Assembly: GCA_038087875.1 (NCBI GenBank)
Contig: CM075991.1
Location: 310,001-374,000, forward strand
Source: Malacoraja senta
Lineage: Eukaryota
Length of the DNA stretch: 64,000 bases
Direction: 5' to 3'
Every line of letters begins with the position of its first letter. Position 1 is the first letter of the stretch. The translations under genes and the position numbers were made by a program. Of the stretch, positions 52,011 through 64,000 are shown in pieces. The notes beneath the pieces are model-generated. The model was not told the DNA's origin. It did no database searches and worked only from the letters and a program-made list of their open reading frames with translations.

Positions 52011-54183
52011 CTACAGGCAAAATAAAGCGATCAGAATTAAGGACATAACAGAAAATGAAGCAGTCGGCCTTTCGGCCCTCTTGTATGCTCTGATATTCCA
52101 CCAGATCATAGAGTCATACAGCACAGATACTGGCCCTTTGGCCCAGCTCGTCCATGCCGACCAAGATGCCCCATCTACATTAGTCACACCTACCTGTGTT
52201 TGGCCCATATCCCTCTAAATCTTTCCTTATCATGTATCTGTCCAAATGCCTTTTAAATGCTGTTATAGTACCTGCCTCAACTACCTTATCTGGCATCTTG
52301 TTCCATGTACCCACCACCCTCTGTGGGAAAAGGTTGCCCCTCAGGTTCCTATTAATTTGTTCTCCTTAAACCTATGACCTCTGGTTCTTCATTCCCCTGC
52401 TCTGGGTAAAGGACTACATTTACCTTATCTCCCTTATGATTTTACATGCAATAGGATCATTCCTCATCCTCCTATGCTCCAAGGAATTAAGCCCTAGCCT
52501 GCCCAACATCTCCCTATATCTCAGGCCCACAAGTCCTGGCAAAATCCTTGTAAATCTTATCTGCACCTTTTCCAGCTTAAATCTGGCTGAATCATGATTG
52601 ATATTTTTGTTTGAACACAATGCCATTTCCCTGTATTAACCACCACCTCAAAGTTCTTGCACACCAAAAGTCTATAGAATCTACCTTGAACACACCCAGC
52701 AACTGGGTCTCCACATCCGTCTTGGCTGTAATAGAAAACAGAAAAGTGCAGCACAATGTCTGTGCTGAGCATGATGCCAAAATAAACTAATCCCATCTGC
52801 CTGCAGGCAATCCATATCCCTCCATCCCCATGTGCCTATCTAAGGGCCTCTTAATCACCACCGCTGTCACCAACATCACCTCTGGCAGCGCGTTCCAGGC
52901 ACACACAACTCCCTGTGTGAAAAAACCTACCCCGCTCGTTCCTTTAAACTTTGGCCCTCTAACCTTCTCGTCTTTGATATTTCTACTGGGGATAAAGGTT
53001 CTGACTGTCTACCTCTCCTCGCTTCTTTCATGCAAACAGTAGTCAGTATCTGGAATGAGTGGCCAGAGGTGGGGGAGGCCAGAACAAGAACATTTGGACA
53101 GATACTTGACTATGCTGTACACAGAGCAATAGGGAAGTAATGCAGGCAAGTAGGATTAGTATTGAAAGGCGTGATGGTCGGCATGGATGTGATGGGCCAA
53201 AAGGCCTGTCTCTCTGCTGCACAACTCCATGACTTGTCAACTGGAAACTCTGGTCCCACATGCATGTTCTCTACTGCAAAGGGGAAGATGACTACAAAGA
53301 GGAAGATGACTCTGGAGTATGATGAGCCCGCATGGGTGCCACTGTACTTCAAACATCCTCCAGGGCATAGCTTTAAGGTGAGAGGGCTGAGTGACCTTGC
53401 AATGGAAGCTGAGGAAGGGAAAACGTCATCAGACAGGATGCAGGAGGTGCTCAATGAGTACTTGAAAGGCACCAGGGCAGCGGAGGGGGTGTGGAGAGAG
53501 ACTGGATCACCCAAAAGCATGCAGAAAGTGTGGTAAAGGAGTTCTCAGTGAGTCACGCAGTGTTATGAAGATGTTGATGTTTGTCGAATCCATCTCTCAG
53601 GGAGGGGTGGAAGGTGAGCAAGTCCATTGTGTATCCACCTATCACTCGTCAGGCTTTGCCCTCCCCATAAGAATGTACAAACTCTATACAGACGGCACCC
53701 GTGGTCAGGATTGCACCTGGGTCGTGGCGCTGTGAGGCAGCAGTTCTACAACTGCGCTACTGTGCTACCCTGAACATGATCATGCCAGCTAATGAACGAA
53801 CAGCAACTAATAGGGGTCAATTTAGAAATAACAACACTGATGTCTAACCTGTTGATTTCGGAACAAAACGTAAACAAAACTTAGCAAAGAACTGCAGGTG
53901 CTGGTTTAAATCGAAGATAGACACGAAATGCTGGAGTAACCAAGCGGGACAGGCAGCATCTCTGGAAAGAAGGAATGGGTGATGTTTTGGGTCGAGGAAG
54001 ACGGGTCTCGACCCGAAAAGTCACCCATTCTTTCTGTCCAGAGATGTTGACTGTCCCGCGAAGTTACTTCGGCATTTTGTGTCTATCTAAAACAACAAAG
54101 GAGTGAGTTCACACGATTACATGGCTGTTCACCATTCTCGGAATGAATTGACACTAGTCACATGAAGCCTGCTTTGCCCTTAC

Positions 54184-54308
54184 CAATTTTCCACAAAGTA
54201 TCCCACAGGTTTCCACACCTTTGTCGGTATTGGGCTCAGCGAGCTGGAGAAACTGCTGACACAGATCTTTGGAAACTACCACGTTACGGAGTTTGTCTGC
54301 AGAAAAAT
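54184..54308 (-). CDS. STAMBP: STAMBP coding exon, start of JAMM/MPN domain (125 bp)
   Basis: ttctgttccag|AT TTT TCT GCA... encodes (N)[41 protein letters not shown]|gtaagg. Phase 1 start matches the previous exon. Not in the ORF track. Confidence 0.95.
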
Positions 54309-56229
54309 CTGGAACAGAAATCCAAAAAGATCATGTGTACACAGCATGCAGCAATCATTCGTCACACATGACTGAACACATATGCAGCGATAGAAAATGT
54401 GGGTGCCCAGTATCTCTTCCTCATGGTGGCAGTCCCCGTCCACTCCTGAAACAAGAGGGAGTAGGTTTCAAGTGAGAGGGAGGAGACTTAAAGGGGATGT
54501 GAGGGATACATTTTTTACGCAAACAGTAGTCAGTATCTGGAATGAGTGGCCAGAGGTGGAGGAGGCAAGAACAAGAACATCTGGACAGATACTTGACTAT
54601 GCAGTACACAGAGGAATAGGGAAGTAATGCAGGCAAATAGGATTAGTATAGAAAGGCGTGATGGTCGGCATCGACGTGATGGGCCAAAAGGCCTGTCTCA
54701 CTGCTACACAACTTGTCAATTGGAAAACTCTGGTCCCACATGCATGTTCTCTACTGCTTGGCTCTGGGCCCTGTCTCCTCTCCCAACTAATACCATAATC
54801 TTAAGGTCAACAGATCCTCCAATAGAAAAGGTAAATGATTAGGAGCTAGAAATTAAAAGGTTTGAATATTTGTGGCTACAGTATTTGTGGGGGGAAAAGC
54901 TACTCAAGACATTTTCAAATGAGATCAAGCCATTTTACTATAACAACAGTCAAAAGACGTTTGGACAACTACATGGATAGGAAAGGTTTAAAGGGATATG
55001 GACCTAATGTGGGTAGGTGTTGAGCTGCCTGGACCTCCAGCTAGGTGGGTTGCCGAGGAGCAAGGTGGGCCATCGGAAGGTCCCGGCGAGTGCCACAAAG
55101 CCGTCCAAGAGAGGACCTGGCGATGAGTGGCCAAGGATGGGCCCACTGTGATTTCCAGAGCCCAGACAGGCTCGCGATGAGCGCCAGAGATCAGTGGAGG
55201 ATACATCACCGAGAACAAAGAGGACCTCGGCGTGGGGGGGGGGGGGGGGGCACCGAGAACAAGGAGGGATAATTGAACACTTTGTACTTTTTTGTATGGT
55301 ATGCAAAACAAAGAATTTCACTGTGACATGTCACATGTTATAATAAAGTATCAATCAAAGTATCAATCAATGAATCAACCAACCAACTCAGCGCAGGGCA
55401 CATTTACACCACAACACAACACTGGCGTTCCTCAATGAATGGCGACTGCAGGATCACAGTCAAAGGTCCCCAGGGCGACACGGACACGGACAGCCCTGCT
55501 ATTAAAGAACAACCGAGCGGCTTTGTGCAGGGGCTGGCGGGAAATGAGCCACTGAAGCCTTCACCTGCTTTAGGATCCAAGCTGATGTAGAGGAAAAGAC
55601 TTTGCTCAGTACTTGGGACTTGCCAATTTTTGTATGATATGCAAAACAAAGAATTTCATGTGCAAGTATTCATCTGTCGATGCATGTATATGTACGCAGC
55701 ACCTTTTTGGTCTGCCCTCTTGGGAGCCGGAAATTAAAAGGTTTAGATATTTGTGGGTACAGTATTTGTGGGAATGAGCTACTGCAGCCATTTTCAATTG
55801 ATCTCGATAAGATCACAGGTTTGCACTTCCAATGAAAAGATTCAAGACTGGTGGTCGGACACAAGAACTCGACGATCACAAATCTACACCCTTGTCAAAG
55901 TGCTGTTGGCTGTGCAGCTCTTTATATGTAGGCCCCAACTCCACACATCCTTCAGAAGGCAGGAGGGAGGTATGGCAAACAACGATTGCTCTTTGGCATC
56001 ATTTCTTACGTTGGCGTCTGCGCTATAACATGGAAATCAACTGAAACTACTGCATTTTTCAAATAATTATCAAGGAATGTGCTATTTAAAATGCATGGGT
56101 GGAAATGAGCCATTCTGCTCCATCTGTCATTTGACTGGTGTTTACAACCCCCGTCCTCTCACACTAATCTTTCAACATATTATTCTCATCCTTTATTCCT
56201 TAATCGTTTCACCAACCTCTCTTCAACAG

Positions 56230-59200
56230 CATCCATGCTATTTAGTGATGACATAAAACTGGTAAGGAAGCAAGTGGTGAGGAGCCCAAAAGGGGATTGC
56301 AAACACAATAGGTTGAATTTGTGGCCAGAGATTTGGCAAATGAATGATGTGTGAACCTGTCCACTTTGTTAGCAAAAATAAGAAATGCATATTTGAGAGA
56401 TGACATAGATAGCTCTGTGATGCAGAGGATTGGGATGCCTTGGTGTATGGTTTCAAAGGGCTAATGCAGGCATAGCAACTAATTAGGAAAATCCATGTCT
56501 AAGAGAGGCATAGATAGGGTAGACACTACACAAACTACAGATGCTGGAATCCTGAGCACAATACAAAGTGCTGGAGCAACTCAGCAGGTCAGAAAGCATC
56601 TCTGGAAGACAGGGATAGTCGACATTTCTGGGTCGAGATGTGTAGGAGAGAGAAAGTTAGAGAAGAGGTGGGGACCGGACAAAGCATGGCAATTGATACA
56701 AGATACAGCTGAAAGTTAGGGTGGACCAAACCTTTTCTCAAGGGTGGAAATGTCAAAGACTAGCAGGGATAGCTTGAAGGTGAGAGGGCCAAAGTCTAAA
56801 GATGATGTGCAGGGCAAGTTTTTTTAAATTAACACAAAGTGTTGGGTGCCTGGAACACATCCGGGGTCGGTGGTCGAGATGGATAAGAGGCTGGCACATT
56901 GATATGCAGGGAATGGAGGGATATGGATCACGTATGGCCAGAGATTAGCTTAACTTGGCATCATGTTGAACACAGACATTGTGGGCCGAAGGGCCTATAT
57001 CTGTGCTGTTCTAAATTATTGATGTTATTGCTTATTGTTCCAGGAAATAAATATAAAAGTAGAAATGACATGCCTCAGTTACTTAGGGCATTGTGCCTAA
57101 ATAGTATAAACAATATTGTTATGCTTATTTAAGAAAGGTATTACTGTCAGATGCAGATCAAAGGTGGTTTACTTGGCTAATACCTAGAATGGTGGTTTGC
57201 CCAACAAGAAAAGATTGGACAGGCTTTAAGGTGAGTGAATAAAGTTTAAAGGAGATGTGCAGGGAATATTGTTTTTTATACAGAGAGTGGTGGTGACTGC
57301 CTCCACTGGAATTTTGAAGAATTCAAAGGGTTGAAATGCAAGATCAGGATGGGTCTTGATGAGGAGACAATGTGTAATTCTGTGCAAGAATTGAGAGCAG
57401 AACATCACAGTTTAAAAATTGTTTTTCTCTCCAATGGCTGTGATCTACATAGTGCAGTTCCCATCGTGCTTTCAGGAAATAAGTCCCTGAATATTTTTAA
57501 GGAAGTAGTATGGAGATGCTTGATAAGTGGGTGAAAGATCATTGTGGGTGGACAGGAATGCCAGGTTGAAGTTTATCAGATTATTCATGATCCTATTCAT
57601 TGGCCAACTCTCTCCTCATGCTCCATGATCTTCACCCACTTGGCAGTGTGGGATGTCTCTACATTCCCGGATCGAACAGGACATTGTAATACAAGGCAAA
57701 AAAAACACTATATAGATACAGCCTGCCTCCTCATTTAAAACAAGAGAATGGGCGAGGCTACTTTGAAAGCCAAAACCTGTCGGCCAGAAAGTGGAAATAG
57801 AGTCAGACAGCACGGAAACAAGCACTTGCGTCCAACTTGCCCATGCTGACCAAGATTCCCCAATTACACTAATCCCACCTGCCCACTTTTGACCCATGCC
57901 CCTCCAATCTTTTCCTATCCATGTATATGTCCAAATGTCTTTTAAATGTTGTTTACAGCGCCTGCCTCAACTGCCTCCTCGGGCAGCTCGTTCCAGATAC
58001 CCGTGTGAAAATATACAGAATATGCTAGAAACACTCTTTAAGTCATACATCAATAGTAGAGAGAGAAACAGAATTAATGTTTCGGGTCAGCGAAAGTCAG
58101 AAAAAAATTATACGCATGCCAGCTATCGAAAAATAAAAGACTGTGCTGGAAATAGTCAGCAGGTCAGACCTTATCAGGGGGAAGAGAAACATTTAATATT
58201 TCAGGTCAAAGACCCTTTGTCAGAACTGGGAAGGAGACAAAAAGCTGCTTGTTAAGCTACAGGGACATAGTGGCGGGGATGCCTCAGGGTAGAACAAGGT
58301 GATCACGATGATAAACTGTGAACAAGGTTATGTTGTCAATGAGTGAATGGTGACAATCAGAGTGATAACATGGACTAAAGGTCAGAGTTGGGAAATCCAA
58401 AGCAGGAAGACGTGTTCACATCTTCCACTCCCAGAGAGTAAACCAGAAGATAAGTAAGCCAATGTCACAGGTGGACCACTGATGGAGAGGGAGCCAAATC
58501 TGGTTACCTGAAGTTGTAGAGTCCAGAACATAGACCAGAACAGGCCATTCGGCCCACAATGACAGTGCCGAACATGATGCCAGAATAAATAATGTCATCT
58601 GCCTGCATGTGATCCATATCCCTCCATTCCTTGCATCTTCATGGTCTATCCAAAAGCCTCTTAAATGCCACTATTGTATCTGCCTCCACCACCTCCCCTG
58701 GCAGCGTGTTCTGGAGAGCACCTCTACCTGTGCAAAACAAAAACGTCCTGCATATCTCCTTTAAAGTATTCCCCTCTCACCTTAAAGCTATGCCCCCTAG
58801 TCTTCAACATTTCCACCCTGGGATACAGGTTCTGACTGTCTACCCTCTCTTTGCCTCTCACCATGTTATACACTTCTCTCAGGTCTCCCCTCAATCTCCA
58901 GCACCCCAGAGTAAACAATCCAAGTTTGTCCAACCTCTCCTTGTAACGAATCAGCACTAATCCAGGCAGAATCCACACATGCACACACGTCCCAGCATAG
59001 ATTCCTGCGGAACTCCAACCCCATTCTCCTGCCTTCTCCCCATAACCTTTGACTCCCTTACTAATCAAGTAGCTATCAATCTCTGTTTTAAAAATACCCA
59101 ATGACTTGGCCTCCACAACCGTCTGTGCCAATGGATTCCACAGATTCACCATCATCAGGCTAATGAAATTCCCCCCTCATCTCCATTTGAAAGGTATCTC

Positions 59201-59420
59201 CTTTTATTCTGAGGCTGTGCCCTCTGTTCCCAGATTCTCCCAATGCTAGAAACATTCTCTCCACATCCACTCTATCTAGGCCTTTCATTAACCGGTAGGT
59301 TTCAGTGAGATCTCCCTCTCTCATCCTTCTAAACTCCAGTGAGTACAGGCCAGAGCCATCATATGTTTCTCGTACGTTAACCCAATCATCCCCAGGATCT
59401 TTCTCCTAAACCACCTCTGG
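56230..59420. mobile_element. Cluster of old CR1 remnants in both orientations. Similar remnants at 37055-38720, 50070-50560 and 52105-53280
   Basis: Degenerate RLRGDL/TRGHSFKVRG/VNLWN motifs and gggccgaagggcctgtttc-type 3' ends. Confidence 0.65.
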
Positions 59421-60718
59421 ACTCAACATGCCGTGAGTATCGCTGTAAAAAAGGCCATGTATTCAACATGGGTGTTGTGATGGACAAGGGTTGGCTCCCT
59501 TTCCTGTCTGGTGCAGTGGGTTAGCGGTCTGGGTGTGAACTGATAGGTTGGTGGTGAAGCCCACCCAGGGGGCATCAGTGCCACCTTCCGTCCGTGGCCT
59601 CCGATGCTCAATGGTTGAACCCACACAAGGCTTAGATTGATAGATGTGCGGACACAGGGTGCAGGGAGGTAGAGGGACACAGGGTGCAGGGAGGTCACCC
59701 ACAAACTCCCTAACTGGTGGAGCAGGCCCGCAGTTCCCACTCCCATGGTCCCCACCCCATCACCTGCTCCCTCACCTGGGGCCTGTTCCCTTGCCTGTGA
59801 TGCAGTCTCACTCGTGTGGCTGATCCCGAGTTTTATATGGCCTCAAGAATAAGCCGTAAAAATAAACAGACATACAGATTGTTTTTAGGAGATTTTTCTA
59901 CAATCAGAGGCATCTTGTTGAGAAGAACTATCAGCCGGGTACTATGCAGTTGATTTCTCTAGAGTTTAAGATTAGGCAGTTATCTCACGATAAAGGGTGT
60001 GCTCTAAATAGCTGCTGTTATCTGTCCATTGAGTTTCTGTGAGGTTGTGGGTGCCAAAGAAAAATGGATGACAAAGATTTTATGTCAGTGGAAGGTACAA
60101 ATAGAGGGAATCCACCATTCAGAAAGGGGACAAAGAAATCTTCACCATCCCTTTGCTAACACCAACCTCTCCTATTCATTTTCTTATGGACTACCCTATC
60201 ACAGATGATCGCTCTACTCTGCGCCCCGACCCTCTGCTCACCTCTCTGCCCCCAGAACAGCACACTAGACTGTCACGAGGGGAGTGAATAAAGTTTGAGG
60301 AAGGGAAGGAATTAAGTCTGGTGGAGGATGATCTGCTGAATGCAGATGCATTGGGTGGATGGTGAGGACCAGGCCCACTTCATGGAGCACCTGCATTGTC
60401 CGTCGGTGAGTCAGTGAGCCCCCTATTGTTGCCACTTCCATTCCCCTCCCACTCTGACATACCGGCCTGTGGCCTGCTACACTTTCTCCCACACCACCAT
60501 CGCAAGCGAGGAGCAGCTCTCCATCCTCCATCTGGGAAAAATAGATTAGCCAAGATTGAATGGCAGAGCAGGCTTGATGGGCCGAATGGCCCAATCTTAT
60601 GATCTTATGTTGCTGCTCATTAATTAATGAATACTCACGAAATCTACTACAAATAACATTGTTAAAACCGCTGGTTTTGCGACGTCTAGAGTCAAGTGTG
60701 AATAAGAGCAGGTCTCAC

Positions 60719-61067
60719 TGTTCCAGTTGGTTCCAAAGGATGAGGGCTTTGTTGAACGATCTACGGCAGGTGGGCCAGCGTTTGAGACACTGGCGGCTGG
60801 CGACAGCGGGGCGCGGTTGTTCGGTGGTCTCTCAATGCCAGGTATTAGCGGGCAGTCCTTCGAAGAGGGGGGATTTTCTGGTTTTGCGTATTCCTCCAGC
60901 ACCTTTAGCCGTTCCTTCTCCAGCTGTTTCCGCCGGATCATCTCCTCGAAGGCATGGAACTGTTCCTGTTCCGCTTGTTGCTGCCGCATCCGCGCCACCC
61001 TCTGCTTCTCATCTTCAACCTGTTGCTGGCGGGCCAACTCGGACACAAACTCCTCAGATTCCCTCTG
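60719..61067 (-). CDS. STAMBP: STAMBP (AMSH) internal coding exon, coiled-coil/linker plus SH3-binding motif region
   Basis: Translates QRESEEFVSELARQQQVEDEKQRVARMRQQQAEQEQFHAFEEMIRRKQLEKERLKV...PPAVDRSTKP. EQEQFHAFEEMIR and PxVDRxxKP are recognisable AMSH motifs and look more like STAMBP than STAMBPL1. Acceptor ttccacag (tandem CAGCAG); donor A|GTGAGA, phase 1. Confidence 0.92.
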
Positions 61068-61694
61068 CTGTGGAATACAAGCATGACGATACAAAATGAT
61101 GCAGCTTGGTCCCTAGGAATAGTCACAGTAGTTTTACATTTCATCAAATAGTGTCTGTTGATCCACCTTACAACAGTGGCCATTCATAAAGACAGTCAGC
61201 TGATGCAACACGTAACATCCTACAGGCTGGGCAAAGCTACATAAAGTTAGTTGGTTTTCTTTCTCCAAAGCTTTGCTACCAAAAAAAATCAGTCAGCCAG
61301 CAATTTGAAAAGCCTCCCTCAGCATTTAACTGCTGTTGCCATCAACCCAAGGATCAGTTAGAACTCCACCAGTTCAAGGATGAGCCAGATTTGTGAAATC
61401 AAGGAAGTTCTGGGCATTTGTTCAGATTAAACTCCATCTGCTATTTCTCTGCCCATATTTTCAGCTAATCTATATTCCGCTGTACCATTGACAACCTTTC
61501 TTACTACCCACTACTCCACCGATTTTTAAATAGTCTGTAAACTTACTAAGCAGACACTTACATATTCATTCATATCATTTTTATGTATGGAGGTCCCAGA
61601 ACTGATCCTTGCAGAACACCAATGGTCATGGACCAACAGTGAGAAAAACACTCTGCCATTCCTCCTTCTCTTTTACGGCCCACCCAATTTTAAG

Positions 61695-61940
61695 CTTAAG
61701 TTTTAAGTTTAAGTTAAGTTAAGTTAAGTTTATAAGTTTATTGGCCAAGTATTCACATACAAGGAATTTGCCTTGGTGCTCACCCCGCAAGTGACAACAT
61801 GACATACAGTGACAGTTAGGAATGACACATAAAACATGAAACAATAATAATAAAACGTTATCGACTAAACAAGTGAATTACATAAAATACCAGAACAAAA
61901 GGAGGCTACAGATTTTTGGTTATTCAGTAGAGCTACTACT
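61695..61940 (-). mobile_element. 3' end of a non-LTR element with (AACTT)n tail
   Basis: (TTAAG)n followed by tttattggccaag on the + strand, which is AATAAA plus a tandem tail on the minus strand. Family not determined. Confidence 0.5.
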
Positions 61941-63935
61941 CATAGAAACATAGAAACATAGAAAATATGTGCAGGAGGAGGCCGTTCGGCCCTTCAAGCC
62001 AGCGCCGCCATTCATTGTGATCATGGCTGATCGTCCCATATCAATAACCCGTGCCTTCTCCCCATATCCCTTGACTCCACTAGCACCTAGAGCTCTATCT
62101 AACTCTCTCTTAAATCCATCCAGTGATTTGGCCTCCACTGTTCTCCGTGACAGGGAATTCCATAAATTCACAACTCTCTGGGTGAAAACGTTTTTTCTCA
62201 CCTCAGTCTTAAATGACCTCCCCGTTATTCAAAGACTGTGGCCCCTGGTTCTGGACTCGCCCAACTTTGGGAACATTTTTCCTGCATCTAGCTTGTCCAG
62301 TCCTTTTATAATTTTATATGTTTCTATAAGATCCCCCTCATCCTTCTAAACTCCAGTGAATACAAGACTAGTCTATTCAATCTTTCCTCATATGACAGTC
62401 CCGCCATCCCAGGGATCAATCTCGTGAACCTACGCTGCACTGCCTCAATCACAAGGATGTCCTTCCTCAAATTAGGAGACCAAAACTGTACACAATACTC
62501 CAGATGTGGTCTCACCAGAGCCCTATACAACTGCAGAAGAACCTCTTTACTCCTATACTGAAATCCTCTTGTTATGAAGGCTTTCTTCACTGCCTGCTGT
62601 ACCTGCACGCCAACTTTCAGTGACTGGTGTACAAGGACGCCCAGGTCTCTCTGCACCTCCCCCTTGCCTAACCTAACCCCATTGAGATAATAATCTGCCC
62701 CCTTGTTTTTGCCGCCAAAGTGGATAACCTCACATTTATCTATATTATACTGCATCTCCCACGCATCTGCCCACTCACTCAACCTGTCCAGGTCACCCTG
62801 CAACCTCCTAACATCCTCTTCACAGTTCACACTGCCACCCAGCTTTGTGTCATCCACAAACTTGCTAGTGTTGCTCCTAATTCCCTCTTCCAAATCATTA
62901 ATATATATGGTAAACAGTTGCGGCCCCAACACCGAGCATTGCGACACTCCACTCGCCACTGCCTGCCATTCTGAAAAGGACCCGTTCACTCCTACTCTTT
63001 GCTTCCTGTCTGCCAACCAATTTTCTGCAGACCATCAGGCCCAGGGAATTTATCATCGTTCAGTCCCATTAGCCTACCCAATACTATTTCTCGCTGAATG
63101 AAAATTTCTTTCAGTTCCTCTACCCCCTTAGATCCTATGTCCTCCAGTACATCTGGGAGATTGTTTGTGTCTTCCTTAGTGAAGACAGATCCGAAGTACC
63201 TGTTCTACTCTTCAGCCATTTCATTGTTACCCATAATAATTTCACCCATGTCTGCATTCAAGGGACCCACATTTGACTTTGCTACTCTTTTTCCCTTAAC
63301 ATATCAAAAGAAGCTTTTACTGTCCTTCTTTATATTCCTGGCCAGCTTCCCTTCGTACTTCATCTTCTCAGCCCGTATTGCCTGTTTTGATTCCTTCTGT
63401 TGTCCTATGAAAGTTTCCCAATCCTCTGGCTTCCGGCTACTCTTTGCTGTGTTATACTATCCCTAACTTCTCTTGTCAGCCACGGTTGCTCCTACTCTTT
63501 GCTTCCGGTCTGCCAACCAATTTTCTATCCATGTCAACGCCATACCCCCAATACCATGTGCTCTAATTTTAGTCACCAGTCTCCCGTGTGGGACCTTATC
63601 AAAGGCTTTCTGAAAGTCTAGATACACTACATCCACTGGCACCACTTCATCCATTTTACTTGTCACATCCTCAAAAAATTCCAGAAGATTAGTCAAGCAT
63701 GATTTCCCTTTCATAAATCCATGCTGACTTGGACTAATCCTTTTACTGCTATCCAAATGCCCCATTATTACCTCTTTAATAATTGACTCCAGCATCTTTC
63801 CCACCAGGCTAACTGGTCTGTAATTCCCCGTTTTCTCTCTCGCTCCTTTCTTGAAAGGTGGGATAACATTAGCTATCCTCCAATCCACAGGAACTGATCC
63901 TGAATCTATTGAACATTGGAAAATGATCACCAATT
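61941..63935 (-). mobile_element. CR1 LINE with internally permuted segments
   Basis: RT motifs on the minus strand; same family as 10866-12913; (CATAGAAA)n tail at 61941. Confidence 0.9.
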
Positions 63936-64000
63936 ACTCATGGAAAAAAACTGTTTTTATGTCTGGCTGTCGCAGCTTTGACAGTCCGGACTCGCCTTCC

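Noticed and set aside
60624..60718. ORF extension ETCSYSHLTLDVAK... as part of STAMBP
   Set aside because: It lies beyond the GTGAGA donor at 60718, whose phase matches the next exon; it is intronic read-through.

Overview
Eukaryotic, repeat-saturated vertebrate genomic DNA. The repeat complement (HE1/V-SINE-like tRNA SINEs, several CR1 LINE families, Penelope) suggests a cartilaginous fish such as a skate or ray; this is inference. The only host gene found is on the minus strand: the last six coding exons of STAMBP (AMSH, JAMM/MPN+ deubiquitinase), at 61067-60719, 54308-54184, 52010-51873, 48259-48147, 37554-37455 and 25972-25916. All have GT-AG boundaries with compatible phases, and there is a likely AATAAA at 25583-25578. 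The 5' exons (MIT domain) lie beyond the window end. Almost all long ORFs in the track are transposon remnants: CR1 LINEs, an L1-clade fragment, Penelope elements (RT + GIY-YIG), a DIRS tyrosine-recombinase retrotransposon with both termini and its internal complementary region intact, an RNase H-bearing I/Nimb-type LINE nested in the DIRS, non-autonomous hAT-like/MITE elements and a Helitron-like 3' end. The most notable structures are a four-level nested insertion (860-9960), a CR1 subfamily inserted into its own kind, the DIRS architecture with an ATT crossover core, dispersed hammerhead-ribozyme-like motifs from Penelope termini, and intronic inverted and direct duplications next to STAMBP exons. 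I cannot establish a genuinely new biological system from the sequence alone.
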